From: Octopus bimaculoides
Lineage: Eukaryota
DNA: 52,605 nucleotides
Direction of reading: 5' to 3'
Assembly: GCF_001194135.2 (NCBI RefSeq)
Contig: NC_068988.1
Span: 15,416,979 to 15,469,583 of the forward strand
The notes under the pieces were generated by a model, which saw nothing but the letters and a program-made list of their open reading frames with translations, ran no database searches and was not told the origin of the DNA. A program made the position numbers and the translations under genes. This document shows positions 10,178 through 22,100 of this stretch, in pieces (the stretch's first letter is position 1; each line of letters begins with the position of its first letter).

Positions 10178-13100
10178 CTGTAAACAAAAGACAAAACAGT
10201 TTCAGATTTTAATATCTAAACAAATCTCAATACAAACATACACAATATTAGTGTCAATAGTGGTAGTAGTAGAAACTGGTGGAGCACCAGATTAAATGTT
10301 TTACAGTATTCAACATTATTTCTTTCAACCTAGCCTCCTTCATCATTTCAGAAGAGTACTGACTACACTAATGCAAGAGTTCATAATTATTTTTTAAGGA
10401 CCTAAACCAAGATAAGGGACAACTTTAATGCTTTTATAGCTGGTTTGGTTACTGTTTGTGTAACACTACTTCTATGTTTCCTATTTGGAAATAGATAAAA
10501 AATATATTTTACTTTTGAAGTAGGAATATATATTGATAAACACGTCACTTATAACTTACTTATAAGTGGTATCATTATACATAAATCCTGACTCCAGCTA
10601 CATAAATGCCACAGCAAGAAATATATACTCTGAAACACTAACAGACATTTTATGCGTGCATGTATATTGAAAAACAAATTTGTGTTCTTTTAACTGCTAT
10701 AAAAAGAAATACAGTTTCAGAATTGCAGAAATAAATTTCATTAACAAGTTGAAGAACGTGAAGAAAGAGAAAATAATTACTATATCAGTTTATGTACATT
10801 TAGCATTTATAGTACAATTGGAAAGTAAAGTTATTTTGTCGTAGAGAATTATGACTTAAAATTCACACTAGCTAATCCTTCATACTAACTACTAGAGTTC
10901 ACAACAATTCAAATAAGTCTTGTTGGATTTTAATCATAGACATGGCATAATAAATAGCCAATATCTCAATGAGTGAGTGTCGTAGAGTTTAGTAACATCC
11001 TACTATCACTATTGTGAGTATTGTGGAGTTTAGTAACATTCTATGAACACTGAGTAATTTCCCAAAAATAATTGCTCATATCTGAATTTTAAGAACCGTA
11101 TATCATGAAAGATTTCTTTGACGAAAGTTTAGAATTCGTATATGGGCAGTAATTTTAACCAATAGGATTACCAACAATTATGCTTGTTCGGGCAAACGAC
11201 CATTACGTCATATTGCCACCTTTTATGACTTGCTACGTGGAGGCGCAGTGGCCCAGTGGTTAGGGCAGCAGACTCGCAGTCATAGGATTGTGGGGATGAC
11301 AAGGAACTGAGACTTCTGGTGGTTTGCTGCGCTTGAGAAGAGAGTGGTTGTCCTCACATACAGGCATGTCTTCTACATTCCCCTTTAGCTGATATCGTAA
11401 TCTTGTGAATGCATGGGTGCTAGTTCCACATAAAAGCACTCGTTACAGTGCTGCATGAAAGCACCCAGTACACTCTGTAAAGTGGTTAGTGTTAGGAAGG
11501 GCATTCAGCCATAGAAACCATGCCAAAATAGATGTGGCGCCCAGGCAACTCTTCAGCTGGCCAGCTCCTATCAAACTGTCCAACCCATGCCTGCATAGCA
11601 AACAGACTTTAAATAATGATGATGATGATAATAATAATAATTCAAAACAATGTTAATAAGTATTACAATTGACAGAGTAATCTGAGTGCTAAAGAGCTAA
11701 ACTGTATTTATCATATAGGTTCTTCATGACTGTGCCAGCAGGAAGTGTTAATCACAACCAGTGATCTAGAGGATTAGTTGAAACAGTTTAACCCTTTTGT
11801 TACTACATTTCTGGGATCTTGTTCAAAATAGGGGCACCAGTATTTTCTTAACGAAACACTTTGAAACTCGGGACACTGGTAGAATGTGTCATATAAAACA
11901 TCTTTTTCTCTTAGTCTTCTTAACAAAAAAACGTACATCGCAAGTTATTTCATGTTAAAGTTGTCGTATTTCTGTAATTTCAACCAATGACTGATGTCCA
12001 TTCAGCCGTAAAAATTAAGTGCTGACTACGTAAACAAACGATTCTCAAACGATTCTGGCGGTGATAAAATTATTATTTCCTTGTCAAAAAATGGCTGAAG
12101 CATATTGGCAGTAGCTAATAAACCTTTCTATTATAGGCACAAGGCATGATTTTTGAGGGAAGGAGCAAGTCANNNNNNNNNNNNNNNNNNNNNNNNNNNN
12201 NAAAATGTCAGAAGTAATGGAGATTAAATACGCTTTACACCGCTTAAACTTCCAAAGGAGTAAGTGTAAACAGCTGAATAGTTGTCAGTGATTGGTTGAA
12301 ATTATCGAAATAAGACAATTTTTTACATGAAATAAATTCGAATACAAAAATTATTTTCTGTTCTATAACACAAAATAGATAAGTATACAGAGTTTGAAAG
12401 TCTTTCGGTACCAAAAACATTACATAAAACATAAATGAAAACTGGTGCCCCCGTTTTGAACAAGATCCCATTTCTGTCAAATTACAATTACACTCTGTAG
12501 GTTATACTCAGTTATGTCAAAAGATCCAGCGAAAAAGTGACATTTGATGTGAATGCAATGCAAAATAATAAGGAAAATGCACTGAAATATCAAACTTATT
12601 TTTAAACGGATCTGGCTTAGGTTTGCAGTCAGCTGGTGTAGGTATCAATTTCAGCAGCTGAGCCCTTCCCAACCTTAATTATATATTGGTGTGGATTTAA
12701 ATTAATGATTCGAAAAATAATATGATCATGATGACATATAACCCACATGCTTTAACAGAGGGTTGTTTGTACTCAATATTCACTTTTGGAAATTCTTTCC
12801 TATAACCATTTCCTCCATCCAACACAATACAGTCAGCCATCGCTTGTGGATATGACTTAGGAATATGTATCATGTTTTCACTAACCATTTCAAGTGCCTA
12901 AGTAGGTCACAAGCAGACTCATAACCTCTTCACCACCTCACTTCCTTGAGTCAGAAGAACAGCCAGGATGTATGCGATCAAAAGAAGACAGTTGCACCAG
13001 CACCCAGCTGATACTCATAAAAGCTGAGCAGACTGGTGTATATTGTACTTTGGTCAAGAACACATGCCACCTGTGCAGGAATTGAACCCAAAATGTTACA

Positions 13101-16100
13101 ATCATGAGCTGAACATCCCACTTATATCATGACTACTGCTCAATACCCTGTGAACACTGTAAAACATGACATAGCTGTAACAGAGTCTATGAAGAAAGAG
13201 ACAGAAGGTATTCTGATTGTGTCTGCATACCAGCGTTCATCCCCACATCTTCAAATAGGGCCTTAAGCTTAATTCAGACAGCTACTTGAAGCTGCTGGAA
13301 ACTGGTTAACCCCTGGTTGGAGAGGGTTGCTGCTGGAAGACCATATGTGTGGCAGCAGGATTCGGCTCCTTGCCATCAATTTATGGCCTCATAATTCCCC
13401 AAATTGTAATACCATGGATTATTATGCATGCGATGATACTGAGTAAGATACCAACCACTCTGCCTGCAACACCAACGTTGATTGGTGGCCAAGTTCAAGG
13501 AGGTGCTTGAAGATCTCCCCAGTGAAGCAGTGAGGAATACATGCACCAGGTTCCAGAGCTGTCTTGAGGCCATGGCAGAAGCTAAAGGCTACCTTGAATA
13601 AATTGTTTTGTTCAAAGCATAATCTGGTTGATATTTTTTGATGTTTTTCAAAAATACTTTTATTTTTGGATGGGATATTGTTTACTTTTCCTTTTAAGCA
13701 AACTGCCAAATTTAGTCCAAATAAAAGCTTCGTTATTGAAGTTATGGACCATACAATCTGTTCACCAAAGTTGTGATAATGATGATTTAAACTGAATTTG
13801 CTGGCTTTATTCTATTATTCTATTCAGGAGGCTTTATTCTAAAAAGCTTTTAGAATTTCGTCTCTGCTCTGAATGATGAATTAATCCTTTCATGACCAGA
13901 TCTTGAATAAAACACTATAATTAACAATTAGGTGAGATTTAGTAAAATAAGCTTTGTCAATTAATTTAGAGTTTGGAATTTAATAAAGAGGTTCTTACAT
14001 ACACTTTCTAGCAGTAGCATAATATCATGTAAGATGTATTGCCATTGATTTATATTCACTCCCCACCCCTGCAAATGAATGGTACTTATAATAACTTAAA
14101 AAGGAAGAACGGCAAAGTTGACTCCTAATAAGATTTGAGCGCAGAAAGTAATTAAATAATGCAAGAAATTAAATTATGTCCAGAGTAGAAACTGATATTA
14201 CCTACTACCACTCTCATCACTGTTTCTAACTTAAACACTAGGTTTGGAATTTGGGTAGGGGTTTGAGTTAGGGGATGGAGAAAGGTAGTCCTTTTATATT
14301 GCTCCTGAGAATTGACATGTACATTATCATATCAACTTTGAAAGGATGACAGGAAAAGCAGACTTCAGCAGGATTTAAACTCAGAATTTTCTCATAAGTA
14401 CTTCCTCTTTTCTATTTCATTCTTTTTCTTGCAAGTTACTTAGCAACATCATTAGATCAGGTGGCATGGAAAAAGCACCCAGTGTACCCTGTAAGGGCCG
14501 CAAAAACTATGCTAAAGATGATCCTGCAGTTAGATGCAGCCCTGATGCTTGCCAATTCCCTGTCAAACTGTCCTACCCATGCTGGCATGGGTATGACGGT
14601 TTGACAGCATGTTAAATAATGATTAATGTAAAGAGCCATAACAAGCATGGGAAGGTATTATTGTCAGATGCTGTAACAATTCTGCCATTTCATCAGCTTC
14701 CACCTTCATAGCAATAACAAGAGCACTAAGAGAGCACAAACCTCTGACAAGGCAACACCAACATCCTCTCAACGATTAGCAGGAGATGATTTTTAAAATG
14801 AGAATATCTGAAATAAACTCGACTGCTCTCACAAACGAGAATAATCCAGAATCCTTGTCTGGTACCAGATCGATCCCAAAATCTAATCAGTTCATGCCAG
14901 TTATGAGGCCAAACATCCCCAAAAGTTTCATCTGAATCCATCCAGTGGTCCTTGAGATATCTTGTCCACAGACAAACAAACAAACTTGACTGAAAACAAT
15001 ACCTCCGTCTTCGCTAAGGTAGAGGTAATAATACTTTCAAATTTTGGTACAAGGCCAGCTACTTTTGTGGAGAATTGGGATCTATTTTAAAACGGGGGCG
15101 CCAGTTTTCATTTATGTTTTATGTAGTGTTTTTGGTACGGAAANNNNNNNNNNNNNNNNNNNNNNNNNNNNNNNNNNNNNNNNNNNNNNNNNNNNNNNNN
15201 NNNNNNNNNNNNNNNNNNNNNNNNNNNNNNNNNNNNNNNNNNNNNNNNNNNNNNNNNNNNNNNNNNNNNNNNNNNNNNNNNNNNNNNNNNNNNNNNNNNN
15301 NNNNNNNNNNNNNNNNNNNNNNNNNNNNNNNNNNNNNNNNNNNNNNNNNNNNNNNNNNNNNNNNNNNNNNNNNNNNNNNNNNNNNNNNNNNNNNNNNNNN
15401 NNNNNNNNNNNNNNNNNNNNNNNNNNNNNNNNNNNNNNNNNNNNNNNNNNNNNNNNNNNNNNNNNNNNNNNNNNNNNNNNNNNNNNNNNNNNNNNNNNNN
15501 NNNNNNNNNNNNNNNNNNNNNNNNNNNNNNNNNNNNNNNNNNNNNNNNNNNNNNNNNNNNNNNNNNNNNNNNNNNNNNNNNNNNNNNNNNNNNNNNNNNN
15601 NTAACTCAAGAATCCGAACTCTAAAATTGTTACACACATAGATACGCACAGCGTAATTTATTATATAAACAATATATGCGTATAAATTACGATTAAACCG
15701 GATGAAACATGTCACAGGGAATAACATTTTTATGACTGCCCAGCAGTAACTCTATTCAGCTGAATAGACGTCAGTGATTGGTTGAAATTACAGAAATACG
15801 ACAACTTTAACATGGAATAACTTGCGAATTCCTTTTTTTTGTTAAGAAGACTAAGAGTAAAAGATGTTTTATATGAAACATTCTACCAGTGTCCCAAGTT
15901 TCAAAGTGTTTCGTTAAGAAAATACTGGCGCCCCCGTTTTAAAATAGATCCGAGAATTGATCACAGTGCTCCAGTGCTGAAGCAATGTCAACCTTGGCTG
16001 ACTTTGAACTTAAAATATAAAACCAGAAGAAATGCTGCTAAGCACTTTGTCTAGTATGCTTATGATATGCCTTATTAAAAGGCATATCTTTTTCACAAAG

Positions 16101-19100
16101 GTAAAAGTTGGGCATTTCTGGGAGAAATATAGTCAATTTAAATCAACTTCATCACCCTTTAGCATTTAATCCAGCCATATTTTGTCCAAATATTCTACAT
16201 TTATATTCAAACCAGCTAGATCTAGTCTCTCATATCTACCAAATAATGGACGATTAATTTTTAATAGGCGCAGGATTGGCCATGTGGTAAGTAGCTTGCT
16301 TACCAACCACATGGTTCTGGGTTCATTCCCACTGCGTGGCACCTTGGGCAAGTGTCTTCTACTATAGCCTCAGGCCGAGCAAAGCCTTGTGAGTGGATTT
16401 GGTAGACAGAAACTGAAAGAAGCCCGTCGAGGATAGCTGCGTGAAAAAGTGCCACACCCTAACAGTTGAGGGAACCCGTGGAAGAGGTAGGCCCAGGAAG
16501 ACCTGTGCTGAGGTGGTGAGGCAAGACCTTCGTACATTGGGCCTCACAGAGGCGATGACTACTGACCGAGACCTTTGGAAATGTGCTGTGTGTGAGAAGA
16601 CCCGGCAAGCCAAGTAAGATCGTTGCCAGNNNNNNNNNNNNNNNNNNNNNNNNNNNNNNNNNNNNNNNNNNNNNNNNNNNNNNNNNNNNNNNNNNNNNNN
16701 NNNNNNNNNNNNNNNNNNNNNNNNNNNNNNNNNNNNNNNNNNNNNTCTTCAGTCAAGTCGTCCAACCCATGCTAGCATGGAAAGCAGACGTTAAACGATG
16801 ATGATGATGATGATGATGTGTGTATATGTTTCCCCCCAACATCGCTTGACAACCGAGGGTGGTGTGTTTACGTCCCCGAAACTTAGCGGTTCAGCAAAGA
16901 GACCGATAGAATAAGTTCTAGGCTTCCAAAGAATAAGTCCTGGGGTCGACTTGCTAGACTAAAGGCGGTGCTCCAGCATGGCCACAGTCAAATGACTGAA
17001 ACAAGTAAAAGAGTAAAGGAGAGTAAAGAGTAAATAGGCATTACATTTGACAGAGTAATCTGAATGCTAATGGGTCAACTGATACTTATTTTAACTGACC
17101 CTTAGTGGGATTTGAACTTGTAACGATTAGTGTTAAAGTGTAGTGGGTTACTTAGTGGAGCTGTGTTCAAGCCCTGCATTTGCCAAACAACACGAAATCG
17201 TAGATGAACTAATATAGAGAATATTCTTGATATGGCTAATACAATGAGAACAATCTATCCCCGTTGCCAGTGCCCCTGGACTGGCCCATGTGCAGGCAAC
17301 ACATGAAATCTTTCGAGCGGGATCGTTGCCAGTGCCCCTGGACTGGCTCATGTGCGGGCGACACATGAAATCTTTCGAGCGGGATCGTGCCCAAGCCCCT
17401 GGACTGGCTCATGTGCAGGCGACACATGATATCTTTCGAGCGGGATCGTGCCCAAGACCCTGGACTGGCTCATGTGCAGGCGACACATGATATCTTTCGA
17501 GCGAGATTGTTGCTGGTGCCCCTGGACTGACTCTTGTGCGGGTGATACATGAAATATTTGAGCGGGTTTGTTGCCAGAGCCCCTAGACTGGCTCATGTGC
17601 GGGCGACGCCCCTGGGCCGGCTCTTGTGCGGGTGACACATGAGGTTTTTCGAGCGGGATCGTTGCCGGTACCCCTGGACTGGCTCATGTGCGGGCAACAC
17701 ATGAAATCTTTCGAGCGAGATCGTTGCCAGTGACCCTGGACTGGCTCTTGTGCGGGTGGCACATAAAAGACACCATTTCAAGCGTGGCCGTTTTCGTGCG
17801 GGTGACACGTAAAAGCACCCACTACACTCTCTGAGTGGTTGGCGTTAGGAAGGGCATCCAGCTGTAGAAACTCTGCCAAATTAGATTGGAGCCTGGTGTT
17901 GCCATCCGGTTTCACCAGTCCTCAGTCAAATCGTCCAACCCATGCTAGCATGGAAGGTGGACGTTAAACGATGATGATGATGATGATGATTCNNNNNNNN
18001 NNNNNNNNNNNNNNNNNNNNNNNNNNNNNNNNNNNNNNNNNNNNNNNNNNNNNNNNNNNNNNNNNNNNNNNNNNNNNNNNNNNNNNNNNNNNNNNNNNNN
18101 NNNNNNNNNNNNNNNNNNNNNNNNNNNNNNNNNNNNNNNNNNNNNNNNNNNNNNNNNNNNNNNNNNNNNNNNNNNNNNNNNNNNNNNNNNNNNNNNNNNN
18201 NNNNNNNNNNNNNNNNNNNNNNNNNNNNNNNNNNNNNNNNNNNNNNNNNNNNNNNNNNNNNNNNNNNNNNNNNNNNNNNNNNNNNNNNNNNNNNNNNNNN
18301 NNNNNNNNNNNNNNNNNNNNNNNNNNNNNNNNNNNNNNNNNNNNNNNNNNNNNNNNNNNNNNNNNNNNNNNNNNNNNNNNNNNNNNNNNNNNNNNNNNNN
18401 NNNNNNNNNNNNNNNNNNNNNNNNNNNNNNNNNNNNNNNNNNNNNNNNNNNNNNNNNNNNNNNNNNNNNNNNNNNNNNNNNNNNNNNNNNNNNNNNNNNN
18501 NNNNNNNNNNNNNNNNNNNNNNNNNNNNNNNNNNNNNNNNNNNNNNNNNNNNNNNNNNNNNNNNNNNNNNNNNNNNNNNNNNNNNNNNNNNNNNNNNNNN
18601 NNNNNNNNNNNNNNNNNNNNNNNNNNNNNNNNNNNNNNNNNNNNNNNNNNNNNNNNNNNNNNNNNNNNNNNNNNNNNNNNNNTATATATATGTACCGCCT
18701 GACTGGCCTTTGTAGGGTTTTCGAGCGAGATCGTTGCCAGTGTCCCTGGACTGGCTCTTGTGCGGGTGGCACATAAAAGACACCATTTCAAGCGTGGCCG
18801 TTTTCGTGCGGGTGACACGTAAAAGCACCCACTACACTCTCTGAGTGGTTGGCGTTAGGAAGGGCATCCAGCTGTAGAAACTCTGCCAAATTAGATTGGA
18901 GCCTGGTGTTGCCATCCGGTTTCACCAGTCCTCAGTCAAATCGTCCAACCCATGCTAGCATGGAAGGTGGACGTTAAACGATGATGATGATGATGATGAT
19001 TCACCCCCTTTGGATTTAATGATAGATTCGGTTCTAAATCCCAAGAACATTACTAAATACAATAGGCAACTAAAGATCAGCAGGTATAATGGCTAAAATA

Positions 19101-22100
19101 TTGCGACTAAAGCAGCAAAGATGAGGACACTATTATATATCAATTATTCTTTCACTCTTTCACTTGCTTCAGTCGTGTGACTGTGGCCATGCTGGAGCAC
19201 CGCCTTTTAAATATATAATAAAACTTAAAAGCATTTAGTCAAATCTATTACAACATTCAATGCAGTGATCATTAAAACCTATTTATAAATTAATTATACT
19301 GTGATTAGTCAATACTAAAACATAAGGGGGAACAACTCTGGACATAATTTGGTCTTAGATTTCTCCAAAGAAGCATAAAGTTCAATGTACACGTCATAAG
19401 GAAATCAACTGTATCACTTATAGATGTACAATCGAGTACATGAGTAAGCACGAAAATTAGCATTTTTTTTTATTTTGTGAGAATAAGCATTAATTTATAT
19501 ATTGAAAGCATTTAGTCGAAAAAGAATTATTATTATTATTATTGCAGTGAACTGGCAGAACCGTTAGCATGCTAGGTAAGATGCAGTGTGGCATTTACGT
19601 TTTGAGTTCAAATCCTGCTATGGTCAATTTAGCTTTTTATGATTCTGGGATTGATAAACTAAAGTGCTGCTCAAAGACTGAGGTTGATTTAATTGACTTT
19701 TCGAAATTACAGGTTTCATTAAATTCAATGACAGCACCACATGACTGGCACCCATGCTAGTGGAGCGCTAAGAGCACCATCAGAGTGTGATCTTTGCCAG
19801 GGCCACTGACTGGCACATAAAAAGCACCATTCGAGCGTGATTGTTACCAGTGTCGCCTTACTGACACTTGTGCTGGTGGTACATAAAAAACAACATTCGA
19901 ACGAGGTTGTTGCCAATGCCGCTGGACTGGCTCCTGTGCAGGTGGCATGTAAAAAACACCACTTGAGCGTGGCCGTTGCCAGTACCGCCTGACTGGCACG
20001 AAAAAGCACCCACTACACTCTCGGAGTGGTTGGCATAAGGAAACTCTGCTGTAGAAACTCTGCCAGATCAGATTGGAGCCTGGTGCAGCCATCTGGCTCT
20101 CCAGTCCTCAGTCAAAACGTCCAGCCCATGCCAGCATGGAAAGCAGACGTTAAACGATGATGATGATGATGTTAGAAACAATTTTTTATTGGTAGTAAGG
20201 TGACAAACTGGCAAAATCATTAGCTCATTAGCATGTCAAACAAAATGCTTAATGACATTTCTTCCTTTCATTACTCTGAGTTCAACTGCCTTACATCCTT
20301 TTTTTAGGGTGGGTGGGATAAAGTATCTGCCAAGTACTGGGAGCAACAAAATTGACTAAACTCCTCCTATTATAAATAGTGGCTTTGTGCCTAAATTAGA
20401 AACCATTATGTAGAAACTGGCAGAATCATTACAGTTTAAACAAAAAAAAATATTTGCAGTATTTCTTCCAGCATTTTTAATCTCACAGTTCAATTCCTAT
20501 GGTAAAAAGAAAGTACCAGTAAAATATTGGGATGGGAGGTGCTGATATTGGAAGGAAGTGGGGATTAGTGGTATGGTATCTAACCCTCCACCATCATATT
20601 ATCAAAATTGCTGCTCTGATTCTTACTTAAATCATCATCATCATCAGCAGAGCGTTTAGATCAGTTTCAACAAATTACACCATTGAGAAAAACAGCAAAG
20701 TAAAAAAAAAAAAAAAAGAAACGCTTCTTTAATAGTTCAAGACATCTGGTACCATAATTGTTGTTGTCACTACGTCACTTACGACGTTGAGGGTTCCAGT
20801 CGATCCGATCAACGGAACAGCCTGCTCGTGAAATTAACGTGCAAGTGGTTGAGCACTCCACAGACACGTGTACCCTTAACGTAGTTCTCGGGGATATTCA
20901 GCGTGACACACTGTGACAAGGTTGGCCCTTTGAAAATACAGGTACAACAGAAACAGGAAGTAAGAGTGAGAGAAAGTTGTGGTGAAAAAGTACAGCAGGG
21001 TTCGCCACTATCCCCTGCCGGAGCCTCGTGGAGCTTTTAGGTGTTTTTGCTCAATAAACACTCACAACGCCCGGTCTGGGAATCGAAATCGCGATCCTAT
21101 GACTGCGAGTCCGCTGCCCTAACCACTGGGCTATTGCGCCTCCACGGTGCCATAATAACAAGCACACAAATACACACAGATTTTTAGTTTCTTGTAGAAA
21201 TTGACAAACAGACAAAATAGATTTTATCCTCACCTTTATCTTCAGATGAAATAACTTTACGCTTAATTGTTTCTTTATCCTGAGATGGAACTTCAGTTCC
21301 TTTTGTTGATACTTCTCTTCCAGGCTTTGATTCTTTAGATTTATTGTCAGAAGATTTCACATAGACAGCTATGCAAGTCAGACGGAATGAACTGTTGTGT
21401 TCTGCCAGCAATTTGGTGACAATGTCATTCTGCAATAATAATAATACAATGTTAAAATCAGAGTTAGATGTTATTGTAGTCATGGTCATTATTTAGTTCC
21501 AATGAGGTGGCAGAATTCTTAGGACACCTAACAAAATGTCTTGCAGCATTTCTTAGTGTTTTATGTTCTGGGTTCAAATGCCAATGCAGGTGACTTTGCC
21601 TTTTATCCTCTCAAGGTTGAAAAAACAAGTAGCAGTTGAGCATTGAGGTCAATGCAATTGACTAGCTTCTTCCCCAAAATTTCAGGCCCTATGCCTACCT
21701 AGAGTAAAAAGGGTTATTTAGCTCCAGGTCAACCTTGACTGAACAGACCTAAGATAGAAGGTGTTCCAGCTGTTAAAAATCCCATCTTGGTTCTTTTCAG
21801 TTTGGCTGCCAAATTTCAATCTCTTCAATTCCTGCTCAAATTGATTTCATATTTAGTGCAATATGATTTTAGATGCTAATCACTACTTGGAAATTCATTT
21901 TTGCAATAAATCAATAAATAAAGAGTTAATAGCTTTTAAAGTTTGAAAATTTTGGGTAATTTTAGCCAATCATAAGCCATGGACACATTCATGCCTATTT
22001 ACATAGTAACAAGCCAAACATGAGAACTCTTTTGTCTGCAAGATAGCACATGTTGACAAATGTATTCTATGCTGTGTTCAGCTGCTTGTACCTAAACTAA

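Noticed and set aside
12697-12888. 63-aa ORF (..SYPQAMADCIVLDGGNGY..) in intron 9
   Set aside because: No convincing splice sites or family match; only a vague resemblance to a Tc1 C-terminus.
17148-17808. Overlapping ORFs with repeated MCRLHMSQSRG / SPAHEPVQG motifs, and a superficially CRISPR-like array
   Set aside because: These are translations of the 62-bp RTE 3'UTR minisatellite. The units are contiguous with no unique spacers, there are no cas genes, and the context is eukaryotic.
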